IMG/VR virus record: IMGVR_UViG_3300031519_004115
Location: 1 to 29,297 of that record
Origin: a virus
Taxonomy: Duplodnaviria; Caudoviricetes
Length of the DNA stretch: 29,297 bases
Strand: one strand, 5' to 3'
Of the stretch, positions 1 to 9,134 are shown piece by piece. Positions within the stretch are counted from its first letter, which is position 1. The number at the start of each line of letters is the position of its first letter. The position numbers were made by a program, and so were the translations under genes. The notes under the pieces were generated by a model. It saw nothing but the letters and a program-made list of their open reading frames with translations, was not told where the DNA came from and searched no databases.

Positions 1-2
1 TT

Positions 3-332
3 AATTGGGAAGAATATTTCCAACATATTAAACCAGTTTGTCCTTGGAGTGGCGCAGCTCACAAAAAGGGCGAAATAAAAATTATACAATGGTCTGGAGA
101 GATTGAGCCGCTAGGCAACAACCAGGCTATTGTTTATATTTGTCCCAAACTTAATCGTAGAAGATTAAAAAAATTACACAAAAAAATTGATAACGGCGAT
201 TATGAATGGCTGTGGAGTGAACCTACAAACGGCTCAAATGCCTCTCCTGTTCCGGTATTAATACAACAAGATAAACGTAAGTTATTTGACCTAAGGTTCG
301 ATACTGGTTACTATGACGATATTATAGGTTAA
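3..332 (+). CDS. hypothetical protein, 5'-truncated by window edge (not in ORF track)
   Basis: Frame open from position 3 (NWEEYFQHIKPVCPWSG...PVLIQQDKRKLFDLRFDTGYYDDIIG) to TAA at 330-332, 8 nt before terL. Confidence 0.75.
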   Translation, partial: NWEEYFQHIKPVCPWSGAAHKKGEIKIIQWSGEIEPLGNNQAIVYICPKLNRRRLKKLHKKIDNGDYEWLWSEPTNGSNASPVPVLIQQDKRKLFDLRFDTGYYDDIIG

Positions 333-335
333 ATA
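330..335 (+). promoter_or_regulatory. T4-late-like promoter box TAAATA before terL
   Basis: TAAATA-acagt-ATG(341); same 5-nt spacing at five other gene starts; resembles T4 late TATAAATA. Confidence 0.6.
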
Positions 336-340
336 ACAGT

Positions 341-1921
341 ATGGCAGCATCATTAGACGGCGTCTTAATTAAGAAAGCCAATAAACAAGAAACATTTAGC
401 AACGAGCAAGTTGAAGACTTAATGAAATGCATGGATCCTGACATCGGATACTTGTACTTTGCAGAACACTTTGCTTATATTCAACATCCTGTACAAGGAA
501 AGCTATTATACGATCCTTACAAATATCAGTTAGGATTAATGCACAGTTATCATAGCTACCGCTTTAACATCAACATGATGCCTAGACAAACAGGCAAAAC
601 TACATGTGCTAGTATCTATCTAGCATGGTATGCAATGTTTAAACCAGATCAAACTATTCTAGTTGCTGCACACAAATATACAGGTGCCCAAGAGATTATG
701 TCACGCATACGCTTTGTGTACGAAAGTTGCCCTGATCACATACGTGCAGGTGTTACAAGTTATAACAAGCAATCAATTGAGTTTGAAAACGGTTCACGTA
801 TTGTTGCACAAACAACAACAGGCAACACGGGACGTGGTATGAGTATCTCGTTACTATACTGTGACGAGTTTGCGTTTGTACAACCTAATATTGCTGAAGA
901 GTTTTGGACTTCAATATCACCTACACTAGCAACAGGTGGTCGTGCTATTATTACAAGCACTCCGAACAGTGACGAAGATACATTTGCTACTATTTGGAAA
1001 CAAGCAGAAAATAAGTTTGATGAACACGGCAATGAACAAGAGTTAGGTGTAAATGGCTTCCATAGCTTTATATCACAATGGGACGAGCATCCTGATCGTG
1101 ACGAAGAATGGAAAGTAACAGAAGTTGGTCGGATAGGCGAAGAAAAATTCCGTCGTGAGTACGGATGTGAATTCCTTGTATTTGACGAAACACTTATTAA
1201 TAGTATTAAACTTGCTATTATGGAAGGAGTGGCCCCAATACTTAACATGGGACAAACACGTTGGTATAAAAAACCAACTAGTCAGTACACCTATGCAGTA
1301 GCACTTGATCCTAGTATGGGCACAGGCGGCGACAATGCAGCTATACAAGTATTTGAATTACCTAGCTACGAGCAAGTAGCAGAGTGGCAACATAACACAA
1401 CGGCTATACCAGGACAAATAAGAGTACTTGCTGATATATGTACATATCTACAACAAGAAACTCAAAATGCTAACAATATATATTGGAGTGTTGAAAACAA
1501 TGGTATAGGTGAAGCATGTTTACTTGTTATTAATGACTTTGGTGAAGAAAACATTCCGGGGCTGTTTGTAAGTGAACCGATGCGCAAAGGACATGTAAGG
1601 AAGTTCCGGAAAGGATTTAACACTACACACGGTACTAAGATTTCTGCGTGTAGTAGACTTAAAACTATGATCGAAAATGATAAAATGTTGCTTAAAAGTA
1701 AACCGCTAATTAGTGAGCTTAAAGGGTTTGTAGCAACAGGATCGAGTTTCCAAGCAAAGTCGGGAATGGGTGATGATTTAGTAAGTGCTACACTATTAGC
1801 TTTACGAATAATGGCAGTACTTAAAGACTGGGATCCTAGAGTCTATAATACATTTAAAAGTATGGAAAATGAATTAGACTATGAACCGCCCATGCCCATC
1901 TTCATATCGACGAACTATTGA
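341..1921 (+). CDS. terL: terminase large subunit (T4 gp17-like)
   Basis: Walker A PRQTGKT, Walker B LLYCDEFAF, coupling motif ITSTPN, RNase H-like nuclease motifs VALDPSMG and DDLVSA; 526 aa. Confidence 0.96.
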   Translation: MAASLDGVLIKKANKQETFSNEQVEDLMKCMDPDIGYLYFAEHFAYIQHPVQGKLLYDPYKYQLGLMHSYHSYRFNINMMPRQTGKTTCASIYLAWYAMFKPDQTILVAAHKYTGAQEIMSRIRFVYESCPDHIRAGVTSYNKQSIEFENGSRIVAQTTTGNTGRGMSISLLYCDEFAFVQPNIAEEFWTSISPTLATGGRAIITSTPNSDEDTFATIWKQAENKFDEHGNEQELGVNGFHSFISQWDEHPDRDEEWKVTEVGRIGEEKFRREYGCEFLVFDETLINSIKLAIMEGVAPILNMGQTRWYKKPTSQYTYAVALDPSMGTGGDNAAIQVFELPSYEQVAEWQHNTTAIPGQIRVLADICTYLQQETQNANNIYWSVENNGIGEACLLVINDFGEENIPGLFVSEPMRKGHVRKFRKGFNTTHGTKISACSRLKTMIENDKMLLKSKPLISELKGFVATGSSFQAKSGMGDDLVSATLLALRIMAVLKDWDPRVYNTFKSMENELDYEPPMPIFISTNY

Positions 1922-1927
1922 TAAATA
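1922..1927 (+). promoter_or_regulatory. T4-late-like promoter box TAAATA
   Basis: TAAATA-ctagt-ATG(1933). Confidence 0.6.
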
Positions 1928-1932
1928 CTAGT

Positions 1933-3774
1933 ATGAAAAACTTAGACCTAATTAGTGAAGAATTATTTAATAAAATACGTGGACGTTTTCCAAGCGTTAC
2001 GATTGGCAATGCTGAAGGCAATGTAACCAATGTTCCCAATGAAGCAAGATTTTTTGATTTTGATTTTAAAGAAGGCGAACAGAATTTAGGTAAGGTAAGT
2101 ATAAGTGTAGATGATACTAGTGTAAGTGTTATGTACAGTAATAATTTTATCGAAGGTCAAGATAAGTTTACAAAAGAAAAATGGTATGGGTTTTTAAAGG
2201 AGCTAAGGTATTTTGCTAAAAAGAGACTATTAAATTTTGATACCAGAGACATAACAAAGTCAAATTTAAATAAAAGAGATTATAAGTTTTTAGCAACTAA
2301 TTCCGGGGATGAAACAATGAGCGAATCAAAATTATATGGTACTAGTAAAATTAGTTACCAAAAAGTAGGCGAAGCACGTATTGTAATTAAGCATACAGAA
2401 AGTATTAACCAAGAAAGTGCTGCAGGACGCACACGTAGTATTGGCAAAATATATATTGAAAGTGCCGATGGCGAACGTTTTATGTATCCGTTCAAACACC
2501 TAAGTGGTGCAAGAGCAATGGCACGTCATGTAGCAGAAGGCGGTAAACCGTTTGATGAGTTTGGTGGACACATTGTTGGTCTGTCAGAAGAGATGAGCAA
2601 GTTGCGCAAGTTTAACAACTACATGGGCCGTAGTGCTGTAATGGCAGAAAGCCTAGCAGGGTATGTTGACGCAGTTAAAGCACGTATTAGTACAGTTAAG
2701 AAAACAATTGAGTCATTGCAAAAGCCAAAGTATTATGCAGAAACATTTGCTGCATATGCTGCACCAATGATGGAAGATGTACCTACAGACGTTGCAGAGA
2801 ATTGGATTGATCAATTAACTATTAAACAGTTTAACGAAGAACTAGCTGATGTATTTCCGTACATTTATAACCTAGTAAGTGAAGCAAATAAAGCAGAAGG
2901 TCTAGGACCAGACGATTTATTAGGTGAAGCTGATGTAGTAGAAGCTCTTATGAAAGGTCATGAAAAATATCATTGTAAAGACTGTGGCTGTCAAATGCAT
3001 AATTGTAAGCCAGACTGTGATTGCAAACATGATTCGCATGACGAAAAAGGCGCTTGGTGGGAAGATAAAGACGGTAACGGCATTCCAGATGTAATGGAAG
3101 GTTCGACTATGACAGAATACGAAAATTGGGCAGATCAAGTAATAGACGAAGGATTAGAAAAAGAGCCAAAAACACCTGTAGGCGAATACGTACTTAGTAT
3201 GTTTGATCGTGACTCGGGTAAGTTTCCAAAAGGTGAAACAGCAGTACTAACAGCTATTGAAAAAGACTACGGCGAACAATACATTAATCCAGCTAAGAAA
3301 TTTATCGAAGCAATTTTTGCAAAGTTTGAACAGTATAAAGCAACTAACGGCGCTATGTTAGGCGAAGCAGGCGGCGAAGAGATTTTCCTAGACTTTAGCA
3401 AAGAGTTAATAGATGTCCAACGTACAGACGATACTGAAGAATTTACTGCAAAACTTGACGGATTAGGTTATAGAGCCGGATCAGAAGAAGAAATTGATCT
3501 TGAAGGTACACCTGTTAATGTTAAAATAAACGCAATTGGTTACGTACAAGAAGGTGAATTTGAAATTGTTAGTGTTACTGGTGACGATGGTACACAATAT
3601 GTACTAGACGAAACTGACACTTGGGATATAGATATGTTAACTGATGCTTTCAGTAACGCACTAGCAACTGAAGACGCAGTATTAACACAAAGCGCACCAG
3701 ATACTGGCACTGTAATGGAGCCAACGGTGGGGCAAGAAGAACAAGACGACCTAAGAAGGTTAGCGGGGTTATAA
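1933..3774 (+). CDS. large acidic hypothetical protein, probable virion/head-associated protein
   Basis: Track ORF 1918..3774; ATG 1933 preferred over TTG 1918 because it follows TAAATA-N5; adjacent to terL; acidic C-half; Cys/His-rich insert; ends DDLRRLAGL. Virion role is inference. Confidence 0.6.
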   Translation: MKNLDLISEELFNKIRGRFPSVTIGNAEGNVTNVPNEARFFDFDFKEGEQNLGKVSISVDDTSVSVMYSNNFIEGQDKFTKEKWYGFLKELRYFAKKRLLNFDTRDITKSNLNKRDYKFLATNSGDETMSESKLYGTSKISYQKVGEARIVIKHTESINQESAAGRTRSIGKIYIESADGERFMYPFKHLSGARAMARHVAEGGKPFDEFGGHIVGLSEEMSKLRKFNNYMGRSAVMAESLAGYVDAVKARISTVKKTIESLQKPKYYAETFAAYAAPMMEDVPTDVAENWIDQLTIKQFNEELADVFPYIYNLVSEANKAEGLGPDDLLGEADVVEALMKGHEKYHCKDCGCQMHNCKPDCDCKHDSHDEKGAWWEDKDGNGIPDVMEGSTMTEYENWADQVIDEGLEKEPKTPVGEYVLSMFDRDSGKFPKGETAVLTAIEKDYGEQYINPAKKFIEAIFAKFEQYKATNGAMLGEAGGEEIFLDFSKELIDVQRTDDTEEFTAKLDGLGYRAGSEEEIDLEGTPVNVKINAIGYVQEGEFEIVSVTGDDGTQYVLDETDTWDIDMLTDAFSNALATEDAVLTQSAPDTGTVMEPTVGQEEQDDLRRLAGL

Positions 3775-3775
3775 C

Positions 3776-3979
3776 ATGGAAAAGACAATACAGCAATTAA
3801 TAGCAGAGATGGATCGTATCGAAGCATCAGCAGTAGGTGAGCAATACACTCCTGAAACTACAGAAAACGTACATGTGCCACTAGAAAATAGTACATATCC
3901 AGAAGCTGAAAAAGTAGTAAAGTCAGTAGCACAAGAAATTAGAGAACTAGGCGATCGTTTGATGGCAATACAGGCATAG
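3776..3979 (+). CDS. small acidic hypothetical protein
   Basis: 67-aa ORF starting 1 nt after previous stop; co-oriented. Confidence 0.65.
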   Translation: MEKTIQQLIAEMDRIEASAVGEQYTPETTENVHVPLENSTYPEAEKVVKSVAQEIRELGDRLMAIQA

Positions 3980-4011
3980 ACATTTAAATTCACAAATTTG
4001 TCAGAAAGAGG

Positions 4012-4040
4012 TTGACTTCTGATAAGTAAAACTGTATAAT
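4012..4040 (+). promoter_or_regulatory. sigma70-type promoter for the ssb-uvsX-uvsY block
   Basis: TTGACT(4012-4017)-17 bp-TATAAT(4035-4040). Confidence 0.85.
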
Positions 4041-4127
4041 AGTATATGTGCTGTTATACAACAAGGCACGCAGTACCGTAGCAATGTAGCTACAAATATC
4101 ATAGGCACTAACAGGAGGCATTAAACT

Positions 4128-5135
4128 ATGGCATCATTAGCAGAAATCCGAGCGAAGCTCAAAGAACAAGAAGCAAACACAGGCGGCAATCGTTCGTCAG
4201 GTGGCGACAACGCAATTTACCCATTTTGGAACATTAAAGAAGGCGAAAGTACAACTTTCCGTTTCCTTCCTGATGCAGACGATACAAACACTTTCTTTTG
4301 GAAAGAACGTTTAATGATTAAATTGCCGTTTGCAGGTATTAAAGGTGAAACTGATTCTCGTCCAGTACAAGTACAAATTCCATGTATGGAAATGTATGGC
4401 GAGTCATGTGACATTCTTAACGAAGTACGTGGTTGGTTCAAAGACTCAAGTCTAGAAGACATGGGTCGTAAATATTGGAAAAAACGCTCGTATATTTTCC
4501 AAGGGTTTGTAAATGATAATCCATTAACAGACGACACTACACCTGAAAACCCAATTAGACGCTTTATTATTGGTCCACAAATCTTCCAAATTATTAAGGC
4601 AGCATTAATGGATCCAGACATGGAAGAATTACCAACAGATTATACTGCTGGTGTAGACTTCCGTCTTAACAAAACATCTAAAGGCGGTTATGCAGACTAT
4701 TCAACATCTACCTGGGCACGTCGCGATCGTCCATTAAACGATCAAGAAATGGCAGCAGTTAATTCAAACACTTTATTTACATTGTCAGACTTTCTTCCAA
4801 AGAAGCCAAGTGACATCGAAGTTAAAGTAATGAAAGAGATGTTCGAAGCGTCAGTAGACGGTGAAGCATATGATGCAGAACGTTTTGGTCAATATTTCCG
4901 TCCAGCGGGAATGTCAGCTAAGACAGGTGATCCAAATAAAGCGTCATCGAATGGCACAGCAACTTCTAGATCTCCGGCTCCAGTAGTAGCACCAACTCCT
5001 CCAACAGCAGAAGCAGCACCATTTGCGGCAGATGTAGCAGTAGCAGAAGCAGCTATTGCGGCACCGGCAGCAGCACCTGCAGAAGGTAATGCACAAGACA
5101 TACTTGCAATGATTCGTTCAAGACAGTCTAGCTAA
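4128..5135 (+). CDS. single-stranded DNA-binding protein (T4 gp32-like)
   Basis: gp32-family motifs (FRFLP, CMEMYGESC, RKYWKKRSY, GVDFRLNKT, GYADYSTS); Ala/Pro-rich tail; SD AGGAGG; lies before uvsX. Confidence 0.88.
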   Translation: MASLAEIRAKLKEQEANTGGNRSSGGDNAIYPFWNIKEGESTTFRFLPDADDTNTFFWKERLMIKLPFAGIKGETDSRPVQVQIPCMEMYGESCDILNEVRGWFKDSSLEDMGRKYWKKRSYIFQGFVNDNPLTDDTTPENPIRRFIIGPQIFQIIKAALMDPDMEELPTDYTAGVDFRLNKTSKGGYADYSTSTWARRDRPLNDQEMAAVNSNTLFTLSDFLPKKPSDIEVKVMKEMFEASVDGEAYDAERFGQYFRPAGMSAKTGDPNKASSNGTATSRSPAPVVAPTPPTAEAAPFAADVAVAEAAIAAPAAAPAEGNAQDILAMIRSRQSS

Positions 5136-5146
5136 AGCAACTATGA

Positions 5147-5180
5147 AGGGTTGCTATGTTATGTAGCAACCCTCTTTATA
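5147..5180 (+). terminator. intrinsic terminator/attenuator between ssb and uvsX
   Basis: Perfect 10-bp stem AGGGTTGCTA(5147-5156)/TAGCAACCCT(5164-5173), 7-nt loop, short U-rich tail CTTTAT. Confidence 0.7.
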
Positions 5181-5202
5181 TCACAGCTAATTAGGAGAAA
5201 CA

Positions 5203-6288
5203 ATGGCTAAATCATTTGATGTTAGCAAGTTCCGTAAGGACTTGACTAAGAGTATCTCAGGCATGAGTACAGGATTTAACGATCCTACTGATTGGATCAG
5301 TACAGGATCATATGCACTAAACTATCTTATCTCAGGATCCTTTCATAAAGGAGTTCCACTAGGTAAGGTTACTGTGTTTGCAGGTGAATCAGGAGCAGGT
5401 AAGAGTTATTTCTGCGCTGGCAACATTGTAAAACACGCACAGGATCAAGACATTTTTGTAGTATTAATTGATACAGAAAATGCACTTGACGAAAGCTGGC
5501 TACAAGCTCTACAAGTAGACACAAGTCCAGAGAAGTTACTCAAGCTCAATATGAGTATGATTGACGATGTGGCAAAAACTATCTCAACATTTGTTAACGA
5601 CTATCGTGCAATGGACGAAGAAGACCGTCCTAAAGTATTGTTTGTAGTTGACTCGTTGGGTATGTTACTAACACCTACTGATGTTGATCAGTTTAACAAG
5701 GGTGATATGAAAGGTGATATGGGTCGTAAGCCTAAGGCACTAACTTCATTAGTCCGTAATACTGTTAACATGATTGGCTCACTTAACGTAGGCTTAGTAT
5801 GTACTAACCACACTTATGCATCGCAGGATATGTTTGATCCAGATGATAAGATCAGTGGCGGCGCAGGCTTTATCTATGCATCAAGTATTGTTGTTGCAAT
5901 GAAAAAGATGAAGTTGAAAGAAGACGAAGACGGCAATAAGATCTCAGAAGTTATGGGTATCCGTGCTGGTTGTAAAGTAATGAAGACACGCTATGCAAAA
6001 CCTTTCGAAGGTGTGCAGGTTAAGATTCCTTATGAAACTGGTATGAATCCTTACAGCGGGTTAGTTGAATTGTTTGAGAAGAAGAACTTGTTAGTTAAGC
6101 AAGGCAATCGACTCAAGTATATTAACCTAGCAGGCGAAGAAGTTCTTGAATATCGTAAAGCATGGATGCTTGATAATAGACTTGATCAGATTATGATGGA
6201 ATATGACGAGAAGATGAAGCCTGTGGTAAATACCGATGTTAATGTAGGCTTAATTGACAACAATATTGAAGAACTAATCGAGGAGTAA
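5203..6288 (+). CDS. uvsX: RecA-like recombinase UvsX
   Basis: ISTGSYALN, Walker A GESGAGKS, IDTENALD, Walker B FVVDSLG, SGGAGFIYASS; SD AGGAG. Confidence 0.95.
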   Translation: MAKSFDVSKFRKDLTKSISGMSTGFNDPTDWISTGSYALNYLISGSFHKGVPLGKVTVFAGESGAGKSYFCAGNIVKHAQDQDIFVVLIDTENALDESWLQALQVDTSPEKLLKLNMSMIDDVAKTISTFVNDYRAMDEEDRPKVLFVVDSLGMLLTPTDVDQFNKGDMKGDMGRKPKALTSLVRNTVNMIGSLNVGLVCTNHTYASQDMFDPDDKISGGAGFIYASSIVVAMKKMKLKEDEDGNKISEVMGIRAGCKVMKTRYAKPFEGVQVKIPYETGMNPYSGLVELFEKKNLLVKQGNRLKYINLAGEEVLEYRKAWMLDNRLDQIMMEYDEKMKPVVNTDVNVGLIDNNIEELIEE

Positions 6289-6291
6289 ATA

Positions 6292-6522
6292 ATGGACGAT
6301 AGTCAGATTGCAGAACTTTGGACAACTTTAAAAGAGTACTTAGATAAGAAACATGTTGAAATGGCAGCCGAACGCTATGTTGATGTGTTAGCTGATTTTG
6401 GTATTAGTGACGAAACATTCAAAGATGTAATAGGTGCTGAAGAAAATTTAGATCATGCAATTAGCTATTATCTAGACATTGACGAAGATGTTCTAGAAGA
6501 AGAAACAGATTGGGATGAATAA
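6292..6522 (+). CDS. small acidic hypothetical protein
   Basis: 76 aa, SD GAGGAG, stop overlaps next start (TAATG). Confidence 0.8.
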   Translation: MDDSQIAELWTTLKEYLDKKHVEMAAERYVDVLADFGISDETFKDVIGAEENLDHAISYYLDIDEDVLEEETDWDE

Positions 6523-6977
6523 TGGGATGGTATAGTGAAGTATCACGAGATATATCTAAGATACCTTCAGCTGTGCAATTCTTCGAAGACGAGTTAGTCG
6601 AAGCCCGGGTTGAAGTAAAGCTCAAAGGCAATGTTGAACGTGCCGCGGCAGAAATGCCCGGTATCGTTGAGCATCGTTTTAATCAACTTCAAGAGATTGA
6701 AGCAATCCTACATTACTTAAACATTGAGCTACGTAGATTGCGTAGCTCATACTTTAAGAAGTACCTTGAAAACTATCAACGAGCTCTGTCAAGCCGTGAC
6801 GTTGAAAAATACGTAGACGGTGAGGCAGATGTTGTTGACTACGAAAAGATTATCAACGAATTTGCACTAATGCGCAACAAGTGGTTAGGACTCTTAAAAG
6901 GTCTTGATCAAAAGCAATGGCAGATAACTAATGTTGTGAAGCTAAGAGTAGCAGGGATGGAAGATGCAAGTTTATAA
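6522..6977 (+). CDS. uvsY: recombination mediator UvsY-like protein
   Basis: Helical 151-aa protein with LSSRDVEKYVDGEADVV and GLDQKQWQITNVVKLRVAG resembling the T4 UvsY C-terminus; follows uvsX. Confidence 0.8.
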   Translation: MGWYSEVSRDISKIPSAVQFFEDELVEARVEVKLKGNVERAAAEMPGIVEHRFNQLQEIEAILHYLNIELRRLRSSYFKKYLENYQRALSSRDVEKYVDGEADVVDYEKIINEFALMRNKWLGLLKGLDQKQWQITNVVKLRVAGMEDASL

Positions 6978-7617
6978 TGTTCTTATAGGATGCGATCAAA
7001 AGTACTACGAAGATTGGGGGATACATCTAATACGAAGTATTAGGTATTTTAATCCTTGGATAACATGCCATGTACACGTGGTTAATCCAATACATGTCGA
7101 AAAAATTGACGGTGTTGAGTATACTACTGAACACCGTGATTTCCCGAATGACACTGTTAAAATAGGATATTTGCAATGTGTAAGATTTTTAAAAGTTGCT
7201 GAAAAGTTTACAGATAATGATCTAGTAATGACACTTGATGCTGATACTATATGCACAAGGAAAACCACTCCACAAGCGTTTGAAGAAGCTACTAAGCATA
7301 AGATTACTATGCTAAGACATTTAAAAGCAAAGCACTGGTTAGCAGGACTGGTAACTTATGGCGAAGCGGGCTTTAAAGATGAATTAGCAGCTAAATTATT
7401 AGAAAAGCCTATTGAACAATGGGCACCTTTTTGGGACCAAACTATACTCGCTGAACTTAGTAAAAAGTATACATACAATGAACAACCAGCAAGATTATTT
7501 TGGATGAGTATAGGAAAAAATGGAAACCAGAGTGTATTTTTAACACTCAAAGGTAACCAAAAAGAAAAATCTAAGTATCTTGATACATACAAAAAATTTA
7601 TGGTAAGGAATATATAA
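6964..7617 (+). CDS. GT-A fold glycosyltransferase
   Basis: N-terminal IGCDQKY strand, DxD motif VMTLDADTIC, late WDQTIL (DQ) motif. Confidence 0.65.
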   Translation: MQVYNVLIGCDQKYYEDWGIHLIRSIRYFNPWITCHVHVVNPIHVEKIDGVEYTTEHRDFPNDTVKIGYLQCVRFLKVAEKFTDNDLVMTLDADTICTRKTTPQAFEEATKHKITMLRHLKAKHWLAGLVTYGEAGFKDELAAKLLEKPIEQWAPFWDQTILAELSKKYTYNEQPARLFWMSIGKNGNQSVFLTLKGNQKEKSKYLDTYKKFMVRNI

Positions 7618-8171
7618 TGCTAGACGAACACCTAGGTGGACACAACGGATTAACACATTTAGACGAAGGTGCTCTAACATGGTTAAAACAATTAGGACAT
7701 ACAAGTTTTTTAGACATTGGCTGCGGCCCAGGCGGCATGGTAGAGCTTGCTGAACAATTAGGTTTTAAAGTTCTCGGAGTTGACGGCGATCATACACTTG
7801 AAAGATATAAAAAAGAAAACTTTATCATTCACGACTTTCAAGAAGGTCCCGCGCCAGTTAAACAATTTTTTGACATAGGCTGGAGTGTAGAATTTGTTGA
7901 GCACGTATATGAAAAATATATTCCTAACTACGTAAAGGCAATGCAACAATGTAAAAATGTTATTATGACACATGCAGTTGTAGGACAAACAGGATACCAT
8001 CATGTTAATTGTCAAAATGCTCCTTACTGGATTGCTAAGATGGCAGAGTACGGATTAATATTAGACGAAGAAAAAACAAAACAATTACGTATTGCGTCAA
8101 CAATGGGCAAGAAAAAGAAACACAAATTTTTAGAAAAAACTGGAATGTACTTCGTAAATGAAAACCTCTGA
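7617..8171 (+). CDS. class I SAM-dependent methyltransferase
   Basis: Motif I FLDIGCGPG, GVDGD, WSVEFVEHV, GQTGYHHVNCQ. Confidence 0.85.
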   Translation: MLDEHLGGHNGLTHLDEGALTWLKQLGHTSFLDIGCGPGGMVELAEQLGFKVLGVDGDHTLERYKKENFIIHDFQEGPAPVKQFFDIGWSVEFVEHVYEKYIPNYVKAMQQCKNVIMTHAVVGQTGYHHVNCQNAPYWIAKMAEYGLILDEEKTKQLRIASTMGKKKKHKFLEKTGMYFVNENL

Positions 8172-9108
8172 ACCGTTAATTGTTGCAATAAAAGATGCTT
8201 ATAGAAACCACCCTATCATCGGCGGCAATAATGTTAAGATAGCCGAGTGGGAAGATAAAGAGCTTATTAACAAAGCTGACATATTTTTACAAAGTAATAT
8301 CTTAGAACAAAAACGACAAAAGAAGTTAGGACATATATACGAGTTTATACGCTATAGCGGTAAGCCTTATATATGTGCAGAATCTGCCGTGTTTAGAAGA
8401 AACATGCCAAACTATCCTGCTCCGCAAGCATATCATCGATTTAGTTGGTGGAGTTATTTCCAAGACGAAGGTGAGTATAATGTTAGTAACTGTCCTTCAG
8501 ATAGGTGGGAACGAGTACAGCAAGAACAAAATATAGAAATTAAAGAGTGGCAACAACCCGGCGAGGCAATATTAGTAGTATTACAACGCCCCGGTGATAG
8601 TAGTTTAAAAAATCTTCTTAAGAAGCACGGAACATACGATGCATTCTTAGCACACACACTAACAGAAATACGCAAGCACACAGATAGAAAAATCATTGTA
8701 CGTCTACACCCTGCTAGGGTAGAACGACAAATGGAAATTATTAATCGTTGCAGTATAAGTAATTTTGAAATAAGTCAAAATAATTCAGGAGCCGGATTAC
8801 TAAATGGCGGTGATGGGTTGTACCAAGACTTTCAAAGAGCGTGGGCTGTTGTTGGATTTAATACTAATGCACTAACTGAAAGTGTATGTGAAGGGTTGCC
8901 TACGTTTAGCTTATGTCCTAGTTCAATGGCTTGGCCTGTAAGTAATACAAATTTAAACACATTAGAAAATCCAACATTTTTTGATCGAACACGATGGCTA
9001 CATAATCTTGCGTATTGTCAATGGAATACTAGTGAAATTGCACAAGGGCTTCCGTGGCAACATCTTAAATCACTGTATCCAAAAAAATTAATCAATCCTT
9101 ATTGCTAG
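8158..9108 (+). CDS. KpsS/KpsC-like (Capsule_synth, GT107-like) GT-B glycosyltransferase, paralog A
   Basis: AILVVLQRPGDSSL (QxxxD), IIVRLHP (HP), AWAVVGFNTNALTESVCEGLP; same motif order as KpsS (LQVYNDSQ / VIKHHP / VVTINSTAGISALIHNKP). Confidence 0.65.
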   Translation: MKTSEPLIVAIKDAYRNHPIIGGNNVKIAEWEDKELINKADIFLQSNILEQKRQKKLGHIYEFIRYSGKPYICAESAVFRRNMPNYPAPQAYHRFSWWSYFQDEGEYNVSNCPSDRWERVQQEQNIEIKEWQQPGEAILVVLQRPGDSSLKNLLKKHGTYDAFLAHTLTEIRKHTDRKIIVRLHPARVERQMEIINRCSISNFEISQNNSGAGLLNGGDGLYQDFQRAWAVVGFNTNALTESVCEGLPTFSLCPSSMAWPVSNTNLNTLENPTFFDRTRWLHNLAYCQWNTSEIAQGLPWQHLKSLYPKKLINPYC

Positions 9109-9123
9109 ATTAAAGTACGCACA

Positions 9124-9129
9124 TAAATA
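9124..9129 (+). promoter_or_regulatory. T4-late-like promoter box TAAATA
   Basis: TAAATA-tgtac-ATG(9135). Confidence 0.6.
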
Positions 9130-9134
9130 TGTAC

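Noticed and set aside
4960-5090. GCA-rich quasi-repeat at the end of the ssb gene
   Set aside because: Explained by Ala/Pro codons of a low-complexity linker
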